Program-made: the position numbers and the translations under genes
Shown here: positions 1 to 13,442 of the stretch, piece by piece
How positions within the stretch are numbered: position 1 is the first letter of the stretch
Layout: each line of letters opens with the position of its first letter
Assembly: GCF_006345805.1 (NCBI RefSeq)
Contig: NC_043025.1
Span: 8,928,001-8,992,000, forward strand
DNA from: Octopus sinensis
Taxonomy: Eukaryota
Length of the DNA stretch: 64,000 nucleotides
Direction: 5' to 3'
Notes under the pieces: generated by a model
Databases searched by the model: none
Told to the model about the DNA's origin: nothing
What the model saw: the letters and a program-made list of their open reading frames with translations, nothing else

Positions 1-59
1 ATTTCACCCAGCGTGCTAATTTTCTCCCTTCATAATAATAATAATAATAACAATAATAT

Positions 60-290
60 AGTGAACTTCCAACCTGTTGTCTCTTGAGGTCTCTGGGTGA
101 GACTTGGAGCCAACTTGTACAAATATAAAGCAAAAGTTAAACATAGAATAATGATAATCATAATAATGATAATAATAATAATAATAATAACAATAATATA
201 GTGAACTTCCAACCTGTTGTCTCTTGAGGTCTCTGGGTGAGACTTGGAGCCAACTTGTACAAATATAAAGCAAAAGTTAAACATAGAATA
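60..290 (+). mobile_element. Two tandem (140-bp period) 3' tails of an R4/Dong-type LINE in (TAA)n
   Basis: Sequence aacttccaacctgttgtctcttgagg...aacatag matches the 3' UTR at 28865-28947 that follows an RLE ORF. Confidence 0.8.
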
Positions 291-316
291 ATGATAATCA
301 TAATAATGATAATAAC

Positions 317-362
<46 letters not shown>

Positions 363-379
363 TAATAATAATAATAATG

Positions 380-418
<39 letters not shown>

Positions 419-477
419 TAATAATTATAATAATTATAATAATAATAATAATATAATAATTATAATAATAATAATTA

Positions 478-670
478 TAACCGTTTCTGCTATAGGCACA
501 TGGCCTGAAATTTGGGGGGGAGGGGGCCAGTCGATTAGCGCGACTCCAGCATGGAATTGGTACTTAATTTCTCGACCCCGAAAGGATGAAAGGCAGAGTT
601 GGCCTCGGTGAAATTTGAACTCAGACGGAATACTGCTATGCATTTCACCCAGCGTGCTAATTTTCTCCCT
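478..670 (-). mobile_element. SINE B with (ATT)n tail (similar copies 29060-29250, 38498-38712, 39475-39640)
   Basis: Reverse complement of the B consensus abutting TAA arrays. Confidence 0.75.
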
Positions 671-672
671 TC

Positions 673-718
<46 letters not shown>

Positions 719-755
719 TAATAACAAAAATAATAATAATAATATTAATAATAAT

Positions 756-1072
756 GGAGAAACTCTCAAAATACAAAGACCTGGAAATAGAGATAACTAG
801 AATGTGGAACCTGAAAACAGAAACAATTCCTATCATAGTAGGTGCATTAGGCATGATAAAAAAATATTCAGACAAATACATAACAAAAACACCAGGACTT
901 ACAAACACATATAACATACAGAAAATTGCACTACTAGGCACTGCACACATCCTACGCAGAACACTTTCCATACAATAACCATCAGAGCATCACAACAAAT
1001 CACAGCACATACCCAAGGCACACAGAGCTGCGCTCGGTAGTGAAGTGAAAGCACGCTATAAAAATAAAACTA

Positions 1073-1075
<3 letters not shown>
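756..1075 (+). mobile_element. 5'-truncated R4/Dong-type non-LTR retrotransposon (RLE C-terminus + 3' UTR) in (TAA)n
   Basis: KLSKYKDLEIEI...PIIVGALG...GTAHILRR matches the restriction-like endonuclease C-terminus; TAA arrays on both sides. Confidence 0.85.
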
Positions 1076-1136
<61 letters not shown>

Positions 1137-1422
1137 TATAAACAGCAACAATGATATTTTCATTTCGTGAGAATATCTCATGACAAAGATTTTTTTTTTT
1201 TTTTTAATCTTAATCACAAACTAGTTTCAAATTAATTATGTGCAAGAAAGTCAATCAAAATTAATGCAGTAAATAATTATGTACATAATTTGGAAGTAGC
1301 AGAATTACTTGTATACAAATTAATTGAACTTAAATACCTTCCTACACTACCATATGTGTGTGTTTGTTTTTATGTGTTTGTGTGTGTATTCATCTGAATA
1401 TATATATATATGTGTAAATATA

Positions 1423-1460
<38 letters not shown>

Positions 1461-1538
1461 ACATATATATATATTATATAATATATATATATATATATAT
1501 AATATATATATATATTATATATATATATATATACACAC

Positions 1539-1627
<89 letters not shown>

Positions 1628-2249
1628 TATATACATACACATGCACATACACATACATATATATTTTTGTTATTAGCATGTATCATGATGTTTGTGTGCA
1701 CTTCGTGGCAGGGCATTTGAAGTGTGTGTGTGTGTGTGTGTATGTTTGTATGATTTGCATGGTTGTCAGAGTGAATGCTTTAGGAATTCTGCGTGTGTGT
1801 AATTCTGCATGTACTGGGACTGCATGTGACTGCACAAGCACATGGCAGAACACTTCAGAAGTCCATTCTGCATTCACGGTGCAATCACTCAGTTCAATCT
1901 CTCCGTATGGCTTCTAGAACAACCGTCTTCTTCTCCTATAAGGAATCGATTTCGAATCCAAGGGTAATAATCCTTAATTGTTGCTGGAGCCACTTTTGCA
2001 AATATCACCAGCAGACACCTGGACAAAACACAGATCAGAATGCTATGCATCAATAATGCACTGTTAAATATCACAAGTACTGTCTCAAGTCTCTTGAATG
2101 AATGCAATAAGCTAGCATGAAAAGAGTATAAGTGCAAGCACGACTGCCTTGGTAAAACAGTGCATTGAGATGTTAACTGAAAGTTTGGATTTGAAATGAG
2201 AGAAAAATGGCAGGAATATGAGCTAAAGGTTTTGAAGATGGGTGATCAT

Positions 2250-2705
2250 TATAGAAGTTCAAATTCTGCTGAGGTCAGTTTTGCCTTTCATCATTTCGGG
2301 GTCGATAAATTAAGTACTATTTGCATACTGGGGTTGATCTAATCGACTAGAGTAGAGAAGAATATTATCTAAAGGCAGCGAGCTGGCAGAAATGTTAGCA
2401 CACCAGGCAAAATGCTTAGTGGTATTTTGTCTGCTGTTATAAAATGCGGCGAGCTGGCAGAAACGTTAGCACGCCAGGCGACCGTGGCCGTTTGCCAGCC
2501 ACGTCTGGCACCTGTGCCGGTGGCACGTAAAAAGCACCCACTACACTCACGGAGTGGTTGGCGTTAGGAAGGGCATCCAGCCATAGAAACATTGCCAGAT
2601 CAGACTGGGCCTGGTACAGCCTTCTGGCTTCCCAGACCCCGGTCGAACCGTCCAACCCATGCCAGCATGGAAAGCGGACGCTAAACGATGATGATGATGA
2701 TGATG

Positions 2706-2737
<32 letters not shown>

Positions 2738-3470
2738 GTTTGTGTGTCTGTGTTTGTCCCTCCAACATCACTTGACAAGTGATGCTGGTGTGTTTACATC
2801 CCTGTAACTTAGTGGTTCAGCAAAAGAGACTGATAGGATAAGTACTAAGGCGGCAAGCTGGCAGAAACGTTAGCAAGCCGGGTGAAATGCGTAGCCATAT
2901 TTCGTCTTCCGTTACGTTCTGAGTTCAAATTCCGCCGAGGCCGACTTTGCCTTTCATCCTTTTGGGGTCGATAAATTAAGTACCAGTTATGCACTGGGGT
3001 CAATATAATCGACTTAATCTGTTTGTCTGTCCTTGTTTGTCTCCTCTATGTTTAGCCCCTTGTGGGTAGTAAAGAAATAGGTATTTCGTCTGCCGCTACG
3101 TTCTGAGTTCAAATTCCACTGAGGTCAACTTTGCCTTTCATCCTTTCGAGGTCGCTAAATTAAGTACCAGTTGCATACTGGGTCGATCTATTCGACTGAC
3201 CTCCTCCCCAAAAATTTCAGGTCTTGTGCTTAAAGTAGAAAAGAATATTGAAAGACAGCGAGCTGGCAGAAATGTTAGCACACCAGGCAAAATGCTTAGT
3301 GGTATTTTGTCTGCTGTTACATTCTGAGTTCAAATTCCACCAAGGTCGACTATGGCTTTCATCCTTTCGGGGTCGATAAATTAAGTACCAGTTGCATACT
3401 GGTGTCGATCTAATTGACTGGTCCTCTCTACCAAAATGTCGAGCCTTGTTCCTAGAGTAGAATAGAATAT
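2250..3470 (+). mobile_element. Cluster of SINE family B copies with an embedded family E copy (2500-2706)
   Basis: Head gagctggcagaaacgttagc, B box gagttcaaattcc, conserved ctttcatcctttcggggtcgataaattaagtacc domain. Confidence 0.8.
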
Positions 3471-3821
3471 TCTCCCTGAGCAGGACATGAGTCCATTGTA
3501 GAGTTTCTCATTTGAAGCTGAGTGAACCAGAACGATGTAAGATGAAGTATTTTGCTCAAGAAAAGCATCACACTGCCTGAGTTAGAATTGAAACCTTCAT
3601 CTTGTGATTGCAAATGCTACTTCTCAGCCACTAGGTTATGTACCTTAACAACACATTGAAGGTGAGAGAAATAGTGTAGAAGGTTACAGTTTCAATTCCT
3701 GGAAAGGTGGGGTTATGCAATAAGAAGTTTTTTTTCTAACCACATGGTTCTGGGTTCAGTCCTACTGCATGGCACTATATATATATAGTGACTCATAGTG
3801 GCTATATTGACTCATTTTATA

Positions 3822-4974
3822 TTGGGTTGTTCAGAAAGTTCGTGCCGATTTTTAAGGGAAAGAAAAAGGTCAATAAAAACTTGCCATTACATTTTTAATC
3901 AACCAAATATGAACCATTTTGTTGCACAATGCATCTCCATCTTTCCTTTAACTTAAAAATACCCTCTTCTCCACTATTGCTCAAAAACCGGTGTTGGTTT
4001 GTTTATGTCACCATAACTGAGCAGTTTGGCAATAAACAGATGAATAGAATAAGTGCCAGATTTGAGAAAAAGTGTAAAGTACTGGTGATGATTTGTTCAA
4101 TTAAAAGAACACTCCAGCATGGCCATCGTTTAATAACTGAAACAAGTAAAATATTGGTGTGTCCGGAAAGTTCGTGCCGATTTTTAAAGAAAAGAAAAAA
4201 GGTCAATAAATACTTGCCATTACATTTTTAATCAACCAAATATGAACCATTTTGTTGCACAATGCGTCTCCATCTTTCCTTTAACTTGAAAATAGCCTCT
4301 TCCCAGAATTGAGGTGGTTTCATGGCAAAGAATTCATCAAGGTATCTTTTTACGTCATCCAAGGAATTGAAATTTTTACCATTAAGACTATTCTGCAGAG
4401 ACCTGAATAAGTGGAAATCCAAAGGAGCAATATCTGGTGAATATGGAGGGTGGGGTAACACATTCCAGCCAAGCTGCAGCAATTTCTGTCTGGTTCCAAA
4501 AGCATCAAATGCTGAAAAGGAACTTTCTTACCTTCCATTTTAAAGGGCTACAGAATTAACACAGTTTATAGGAACATAAACCTTCTTCCACGAAAAGATA
4601 GCTTAAACTGTGCTCTAAATGGCAGTGTAGTCAAATCCTATTTTATGGACACAACCATGTTCTAAAATAAGTCGAAAGGTAAGCTACTATAAATCGGCAC
4701 GAACTTTCTGGACATCCCAGCCGAGCTGCAGCAATTTTTGTCTGGTTCCCAAAGCATCAAGTGTCAAAAATGAACTTTCTTATCTTCCATTTTAAAGGGT
4801 TATAGAATTAACACAGGTTATAGGAACATAAACCTTCTTCCACGAAAAGATAGCTTAAACTGTGCTCTAAATGGAGGTGTAGTCAAATCCTATTTTATGG
4901 ACTCAACCATGTTCTAAAATAAGTCAAAAGATAAGCTACTATAAATCGGCACAAACTTTCCGGACACCCCAATA
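3822..4974 (-). mobile_element. Internally deleted mariner (4154-4972) with both TIRs and TA flanks, plus an extra 3'-end fragment at 3822-3975
   Basis: LGWNVLPHPPYSPDIAPLDFHLF...RWRRIVQQNGSY is the mariner transposase C-terminus; TIR ttggtgtgtccggaaagttcgtgccgattt / aaatcggcacaaactttccggacaccccaa. Confidence 0.92.
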
Positions 4975-5402
4975 TATATAGTGACTCATAGTAGTTTTGT
5001 TGACTCATTTTATTTAACATATAGAAGCTCATACAAGACCCACATTAGACCCCTCAATCGTAATATTATTGAACCGAGAGTCTAACTACGGTTCTCCTGT
5101 TAGTATATTAGTAGAAAAAATGTTGGCAACTATGACAAATATGATGATTACGATAACAATAATGATGGTGTTATGACGACAATGATGACAATGGGGGTGA
5201 TGATGATGATGATAATGATGATGACGATGATAAGGGTGATGAAGATGCTAGTGGTGGTGGTGATAGTGGTGATGATGAGGATGTGGATGGTGGTGGTGGT
5301 AGTGATGGTGGTGGTGATGATGGTAATGATGGTGGTGATGATGATGACGACGATGACGACGACGATGATGGTGATGGTGACGATGATGATGATGATTTCT
5401 CT

Positions 5403-5432
<30 letters not shown>

Positions 5433-5436
<4 letters not shown>

Positions 5437-5828
5437 TGGCTGTGTGGTAAGTAGCTTGTTTACCAACCACATGGTTCCGGGTTCAGTCCCACTGCATGGC
5501 ACCTTGGGCAAGTGTCTTCTACTATAGTCTCGGGCCGACCAAAGCCTTGTGAGTGGATTTGGTAGACGGAAACTGAAAGAAGCCCGTTGTATATATGTAT
5601 ATATATGCGTGTGTGTGTTTGTGCATCTGTGTTTGTCCCCGTAGCATTGCTTGACAACCGATGCTGGTGTGTTTATGTCCCCGTTAGTTAGCGGTTCGGC
5701 AAAAGAGACTGATAGAATAAGTACTGGGCTTACAAAAGAATAAGTCCCGGGGTCGAGTTGCTCGATTAAAGGCGGTGCTCCAGCATGGCCGCAGTCAAAT
5801 AACTGAAACAGGTAAAAGAATAAAAGAG
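5433..5828 (+). mobile_element. tRNA-derived SINE family A (about 400 bp), full copy
   Basis: A box gtggctgtgtggtaag, B box ggttcagtccc, CORE-like ccttgggcaagtgtc, internal (TA/TG)n, tail ggcggtgctccagcatggccgcagtcaaat. Confidence 0.85.
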
Positions 5829-6289
5829 TATATATTTTTTTAATTAGGGTTGACAGATAAACAGAACAATCAAAATAACAAACAAACAAATAAATAAAGA
5901 TAATTAATTAAAAAAAATAAAGAAATGATAAAACGAATAAAAACAATCACAATCAGTGGGAGTTCGGTGTTTGCGTATGTGGCCCCAATTACAAGAGACA
6001 AAGGCAAAGCAAGACAAATATCTAAACAAACACACAAACAAACAACAAAAAATGAAGAAACAAACAAACAGGTATGTAGGAAAAAAAAAACATTAAAAAA
6101 ATGGCAAAGACTCAAAAAAATCAAAGAAGGGGGGAAATGGGGGAGAAAAATATTTATTTTTAATCAGATTAAAACAAAAGACCAATCGTGGTTTCTCAGC
6201 CTTGGAATATCTTTGAATTAATGACCACCTCGTTAAATATCTTAAATTAGAGCACAGATGAAAGATACATACATATTTATAGATAAATG

Positions 6290-6574
6290 TGTGTGTGTGG
6301 GTGTGTGTGTGTGTATATGCATATATGTATATGCATATATCTATATGTATATATACATATGTGCATATGTATATATATATATATATATGTGTGGTGTGTG
6401 TGTGTGTGTGTGGTGTGTGTGTTCGTGCATGCGAGTGTATGTGTGTGAATATATAGCTATATATGTTAATATATGTGTATATACGTGTGTAAGTATATAC
6501 ATATATATATATATACACCCACATACACACAACATATATATATATATATACATATATGTATATATATATATATA

Positions 6575-6614
<40 letters not shown>

Positions 6615-6721
6615 TGTACATATATGTATATATATACTATATATATATATATATATGTACATATATTATATATATATATAATATATATATATATAATATA
6701 TACATAATATATACATATATG

Positions 6722-6757
<36 letters not shown>

Positions 6758-6765
6758 CATATATA

Positions 6766-6838
<73 letters not shown>

Positions 6839-6850
6839 TATATGCATATA
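6290..6850. repeat. (TA)n/(TG)n tract (similar tracts 1400-1660, 23400-23665, 36730-37150, 41680-41995, 54980-55280)
   Basis: Direct. Confidence 0.98.
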
Positions 6851-7139
6851 TACAATGGCTTGCCACTTAAGACAAAATGATCGCCCAGTATTTCTTGGGA
6901 ACTATTCGAGGTCTTTATGCTTAACGAACTAATATTCTTTCGTTTCAATGGGAATATTCCCTTCATTACTATAAACAAACTTGATTTACCTGACCAGCTG
7001 TATCTGCGTATAGGCAAGTGTGTCTATGTGAGCGTGTGCATGTATATGTGTGTTGCGTGCGTGCGTGTGTGTGTTTGCAAGTTCTTGTGCATATATCTGC
7101 ACATACATAGGAATGCTTGTGTATATATGTGAGTATCTA

Positions 7140-7369
7140 TCTCTCTCTCTATCTGTCTATGTATGTATGCATGTATGTATGTATCTATCTATCTATCTAT
7201 CAATCTATCTTCCTATCTATCTAATTAACTTTTTTTTTCCAGATCCCTTTTGATCGGAATTTGACCCTTTTTCCTTTCTCTTCTTCCCAAAAAGAAAAGC
7301 TCTACTTTGTATTTTGTCCCTTCTGTGTTCAGCCCTGCATGGCAAATAAAGAAATCTATCTATCCTTCA

Positions 7370-7449
<80 letters not shown>

Positions 7450-7672
7450 CTCTATCTGTCTATGTATGTATGCATGTATGTATGTATCTATCTATCTATC
7501 TATCAATCTATCTTCCTATCTATCTAATTAACTTTTTTTTTCCAGATCCCTTTTGATCGGAATTTGACCCTTTTTCCTTTCTCTTCTTCCCAAAAAGAAA
7601 AGCTCTACTTTGTATTTTGTCCCTTCTGTGTTCAGCCCTGCATGGCAAATAAAGAAATCTATCTATCCTTCA

Positions 7673-7754
<82 letters not shown>

Positions 7755-8047
7755 TTTTCTATCTATCTATCTAATTAACTATCTATCTTTATCTATCTAT
7801 CTTCCCCTTTTTTTCCCCTTTTTTCTTCTTTTTTTCATTTCTCTTTTCTTTTGTTCCTTTTCCTTTTTTCTTTTTTTTTCTTTTATTTTATTTTTTGTTC
7901 TTTCTTTCCCTTTTACAATCCCTTTTGATCGAAAACCTTTTTGTTTCCTTTTTTTTTGTTTTTTGTTTTTTTCATCCCCCAAAAGAAAAGCTCTACCTTG
8001 TAACTTGTCCCATCTGTGTGCAGCCTTGTGTGGCCAATAAAGAAACT

Positions 8048-8050
<3 letters not shown>
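7140..8050 (+). repeat. 303-bp tandem duplication of an AATAAAG/(TATC)n-tailed element end, plus a diverged third copy
   Basis: agatcccttttgatcgg at 7241 and 7544; related copy 7905-8050. Confidence 0.8.
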
Positions 8051-8129
<79 letters not shown>

Positions 8130-8132
8130 GCC

Positions 8133-8169
<37 letters not shown>

Positions 8170-8293
8170 GTCTATCTGTCTATCTATCTATCTATCTATC
8201 TATCTGTCTATCGATTCATCTATCTACCTATTTCTCTATCTATCTATCTATCTATCTATCTGTCAATCTTTCTACTTGTCTATCTATTGGTAA

Positions 8294-8333
<40 letters not shown>

Positions 8334-8639
8334 CGATACAATAAGTACTAGGCTTCCAAAGAATAAGTCCTGGGGTCGATTTGCTCGACTATAGGCGGTG
8401 CTCCAGCATGGCCACAGTCAAATGACTGGAACAAGTAAAAGAGTATCATATTAAATATCAAATGATTCATAATATATATAAATTAGTAAAAAATAAAATA
8501 TTTATTTATACATAAAAGTAGGGGTGGGTGCGCTGAGGGTTTTATGTAGCGATGAGGTGGGGGCGTGGCCCCAAAAATTTGAGAGCCACTGCAGTAGAAT
8601 ATATATGAGGTAAAATAATTGATAGTGGAATAAATGTAT

Positions 8640-8918
8640 ATACAAGTACAATGGAAAGTGCCTGTTGTTAAGGGTATTGCGAAAGGGCCACTTGGAGGCC
8701 CAGCCCACTGAGTTCTTTTACAGGGCTTAGAAAAACTGAAGGACTGCTGCAATATAGGTGCAGGAGTGGCTGTGTGGTAAGTAGTTTGCTTACCAACCAC
8801 ATGGTTCTGGGTTCAGTCCCACTGCGTTGCACCTTGGGCAAGTGTCTTCTGCTATAGCCTCGGGCCGACCAAAGCCTTGTCAGTGGATTTGGTAGACGGA
8901 AACTGAAAGAAGCCCGTC

Positions 8919-8952
<34 letters not shown>

Positions 8953-9595
8953 GTGTGCGTGTATGTTTGTGTGTCTGTGTTTGTCTCCCTAGCATTGCTT
9001 GACAACCGATGCTGGTGTGTTTACGTCCCCGTCACTTAGCGGTTCGGCAAAAGAGACCGATAGAATAAGTACTGGGCTTACAAAGAATAAGTCCCGGGGT
9101 CGATTTGCTCGACTAAAGGCGATGCTCCAGCATGGCCGCAGTCAAATGACTGAAACAAGTAAAAGAGTAAAAAAAAAAAATAAGTGTGTGAATCTGAGAG
9201 GGGAATATGTTGAAAAAAATCATTATTAACTGGCCCAAATCCAGGAACTTTTCATCACCCCTTTGTGTATACACACACACACTAATAAATAATTTGGACA
9301 AATACATATAATTCAATTAATGTCTCGATATATAATTCAATTAGTGTGTTTATATATACAAGGGGTGCTGAAAGGTCCCTGGCTTTAGGGACATCATGAA
9401 ACGCCAGGCTGGAGGCCCAACCCTTCTGAGTTCTTTTACAGGGCTTAGAAAAACCGAAGGGTCACTGCAACGAATGTGTGAATTTGAGAGGGGAATATGC
9501 TGAATAAAATCATAATTAACTGATCCTTGAGTATTTTCTTTTACCCAAAGCCAGTGTCTCTGCAGCACCCTTTTTTTTTGTGTGTGTGTGCCTGT
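8640..9595 (+). mobile_element. Two mariner-derived MITE copies (9355-9595 intact; 8640-9270 split by a SINE)
   Basis: Imperfect TIR tacaaggggtgctgaaaggtccctggcttt / aaagccagtgtctctgcagcaccctt; shared internal CVNLRGEY-type sequence. Confidence 0.6.
8754..9172 (+). mobile_element. SINE A, full copy
   Basis: Same consensus. Confidence 0.85.
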
Positions 9596-9785
9596 GTGTA
9601 TATAGGAGCGCAAAGGTTACTTTTCACACAGATCTTTGAAATATGTTCTTAAGAATATATTTCTCATTGCAAAAATTCTTTATAAGCAACTGTTAAAATC
9701 TGAAGTTCCTTGAATTTACATCTTCAAGCTCCGCAACCCACTTGAAATTTTGAATAATGTGCAAAAAAAATCAATTTATAACACA

Positions 9786-10159
9786 CTAGCAGTATCGCCC
9801 GGCGTTGCTCAGGTTTGTAACGGAAATAACTATAAAGCATTTTTAGAGAGTTATAGCCAAAAAATAGCAAAAAAATGGGAAAAAAATGATGGTAAATATT
9901 TTTTTTGAGAGTTAAAAAAGGTGGAGTTGCGTCTGTGGTTTGGGTTTCTGATTCTCGACCCCATGTCGAATTTATCGATTTTTTTCAGAACTGGGGGAAC
10001 TTTTCAAAATTTTCGCTGCGTTAGTTTTGAATTATGACATTGGGCTATGTGTGTGTCAAGTTTCATCAGAATCGGTTGAAAGCCGTGGTCAGGGTGAGGG
10101 TATGAGAAAACAGACACACAGAAAACGCACAGACAAACTGCCGTTTATATAGAGAGAGA
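9786..10159 (-). mobile_element. Non-autonomous Helitron (subfamily 1)
   Basis: Sense strand A|TC start, 3' GC-rich hairpin then CTAG|T; no TSD. Confidence 0.8.
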
Positions 10160-10321
10160 TTTACCGTTCCTCTTTTTTTTATTTTTCACATTCATTGTTA
10201 CGAACCAATTTTCATTTGTGAAATCCTTTGAAAATAAGAGTTAAAATCTCAAACTCTAAAATTTATATTTTCATATTCCGCAATGCACTTGAAATTTCGA
10301 AATTATGTGAAATAAATACTC

Positions 10322-11252
10322 GGATCTTTTCGGTTTGAATGGCAGTTTTTAAAAATAATTTCCACGTAACTAAACACTTTTAAACTTCGTATACTGGTAG
10401 AATGTGTTTATAAAACATCTTTTTCTCTTGTCTTTATTGAGAAAATTCTATAGTTTGTAAGATATTTGTTGTTTTTTTTCTTCAATTTCTGCAATTTCAA
10501 CCAATCAATGACGTCTATTGATGTGAAAACATTCTGTGCCGTATGAATATGTCCATCGTTTAAGAAACAGCGATCTTTTCGGTTTGAACGGCAGTTTTTT
10601 AAAATAATTTCCACGTAACTAAACACTTTTAAACTTCGTATACTGGTAGAATGTGTTTATAAAACATCTTTTTCTCTTGTCTTTATTGAGAAAATTCTAT
10701 AGTTTGTAAGATATTTGTTGTTTTTTTTCTTCAATTTTTGCAATTTCAACCGATCACTGATGTCTATTGAGGTAAAAAACATTCTGTGCCGTATGAATAT
10801 GTCCATCGTTTAAGAAACAGCGATCTTTTCGGTTTGAACGGCAGTTTTTTTAAATAGTTTCCACATAACTAAACACTTTTAAACTTCGTATACTGGTTGA
10901 ATGTGTTTATAAAACATCTTTTTCTCTTGGCTTTATTGAGAAAATTCCATAGTTTATAAGATATTTGTTGTTTTTTTTCTTCAATTTCTTCAATTTCAAC
11001 CGATCACTGATGTCTATTGAGGTAAAAAAAAAACATTCTGTGCTGCATGAATATGTCCCTCGTTTAAGAAACAGATTGGGTTTATTTACATTTCTGAAGA
11101 AAAAAGATACCCTTACCCCCACCTCTAACCCTAACTCACTCTAACCCTAAAACAGATTGAAATGCAATAGATCGATACTAGGGTCATAATTAATGAGTGA
11201 CAATTTCATATGACACCGCTAGAGAAAAATGCCGTTCAAACCGAAGAGATCC
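10322..11252. mobile_element. GGATC-TIR non-autonomous element with three ~250-bp tandem units and a TAACCC tract
   Basis: ggatcttttcggtttgaa at 10322 (unit starts 10323, 10572, 10822); inverted ttcaaaccgaagagatcc ending 11252. Confidence 0.75.
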
Positions 11253-11876
11253 AAAATTTATTATTTTCACATTCCACAATGCACTTGAAATTTCGAAATT
11301 ATGTGAAATAAATACACTTTTCCATTATCTTTACTTTATTATTTTTAATACTAGGTCACTGAATATACGAGTTACATGAAGTCTAGATTACACACCCATT
11401 AAAATAAAATTACGTGTAAATGAAGTTTTGATTCTTGACACATTTTGGTGATAAAAGTAATTAACATGTCCAATTTATTCGAAGTAATTCCGTGTAAGTA
11501 GATAATCTGAATCACTGCAATGCATTCCTTTTTGTTTCCAGTAATAAAACCAATTATTTTTTTCCGTAAATGATAATTAGCATTACACTCTCAAATTAAA
11601 GAAACGAACAGTAAAAAATTGTTGCTTTGGAAATTTCTGAAATGATACAATGCTAATTTTTTGTTATGTTCATGATAGCTAAACCTAAAAAATTCTAATT
11701 GATTCATCGCTGTATTTTCTTTCAATTTGATTTTTTTTTTTTTTTTTTTGTTTCGAACATCGGAGTTTTTTTTCTCTTGATCAATTCGACTTCTAATGAA
11801 ACTGTCTCAGCTGTTCTCACCACAAACATTAGATTATGCTTCTGACACAAGTTTTACACGTCTCTCCACAGTTTAG

Positions 11877-12551
11877 GGATCTTTTCGGTTTGAACGGCAG
11901 CTTTTAAAAATAATTTCCACGTAACTAAACACTTTTAAACTTCGTATACTGGTAGAATGTGTTTATAAAACATCTTTTTTCTCTTGGCTTTATTGAGAAA
12001 ATTCTATAGTTTGTAAAATACTTGTTTTTTTTTTGCTTCAATTTCTGCAATTTCAACCAATCACTGATGTCTATTGAGGTAAAAAACATTCAGTGCCATA
12101 TGAATATGTCCCTCGTTTAAGAAACAGGGATCTTTTCGGTTTGACCAGCAGTTTTTAAAAATAATTTCCACGTAACTAAACACTTTTAAACTTCGTATAC
12201 TGGTAGAATGTGTTTATAAAACATCTTTTTCTCTTGGCTTTATTGAGAAAATTCTATAGTTTGTAAGATACTTGTTTTTTTTTTTGCTTCAATTTCTGCA
12301 ATTTCAACCAATCACTGATGTCTATTCGGGTAAAAAACATTCTGTGCCATATGAAAATGTCCATCGTTTAAGAAACAGATTGGGTTTATTTACATTTGTG
12401 AAGAAAAAAAGATACCCTTCCCCCACATCTAACCCTAACCCTAACCCTAAAACAGATTGAAATGCAATAGATCAATACTAGGGTCATAATTATGGGTGAC
12501 AATTTCATATGACACCGCTAGAAAAAATTGCTGTTCAAACCGAAAAGATCC
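11877..12551. mobile_element. Second GGATC-TIR element, two ~250-bp units, (TAACCC)n tract; a reversed fragment lies at 12853-12945
   Basis: TIR ggatcttttcggtttgaac / gttcaaaccgaaaagatcc. Confidence 0.78.
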
Positions 12552-13021
12552 GATGATGCTTCTGTCACAAGTTTTTCACATCTCTCCACAGTTTGGGCGT
12601 GGCATGGTAGTTTTTCCAGTTGCATCAAATGCCGTTGTTGAATGAAGGTATCAATTTCTTCATCAGAAAATACCTGTGTTAGACTTGGTTCAATAACAAT
12701 AGTGTCCTGCCAGTTAATTATGCCCATGAAGTTCGAGGCTGCAAATTTTAGGGAAGGAATTTTGAAGGGTCGCACAGATTTCCAGGCGTAACTTCGGTAT
12801 AGGTACCAGAGGTACCAGATACATTTCAAGAAAGTGTTTTTTTTATATATATGGGGGGTTAGGGTTAGGGTTTGTGTTAGGGTTAGGGTTAGAGTTAGGG
12901 TTAGGGGTGAGAGAAAAGGGTTTCTGTTATCTTCAGAAATGTAAACTTCTGGTATTTACGGTACCTATACCAAAGGATTGCCGATTTCCCTTTATGATGT
13001 GTTCAAGCCTGCATTATGCTC

Positions 13022-13237
13022 TTTACTCTCTTTACTCTTTTACTTGTTTCAGTCATTTGACTGCGGCCATGCTGGAGCACCGCCTTTAATCGAGCAACTC
13101 GACCCCGGGACTTAATCTTTTTGTAAGCCCAGTACTTATTCTATCGGTCTCTTTTGCCGAACCGCTAGGTAACGGGGACATAAACACACCAGCATCGGTT
13201 GTCAAGCAATGCTAGGGGGACAAACACAGACACACAA

Positions 13238-13274
<37 letters not shown>

Positions 13275-13442
13275 CATATATACGACGGGCTTCTTTCAGT
13301 TTCCGTCTACCAAATCCACTCACAAGGCTTCGGTCAGTCCGAGGCTATAGTAGAAGACACTTGCCCAAGGTGCCACGCAGTGGGACTGAACCCGGAACCA
13401 TGTGGTTGGTAAGCAAGCTACTTACCACACAGCCACTCCTAC
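13022..13442 (-). mobile_element. SINE A, full copy
   Basis: Reverse complement of consensus. Confidence 0.85.

Noticed and set aside
12856-12906. Chromosome-fusion telomere scar
   Set aside because: Short, degenerate and located at a fixed position within a dispersed repeat family.
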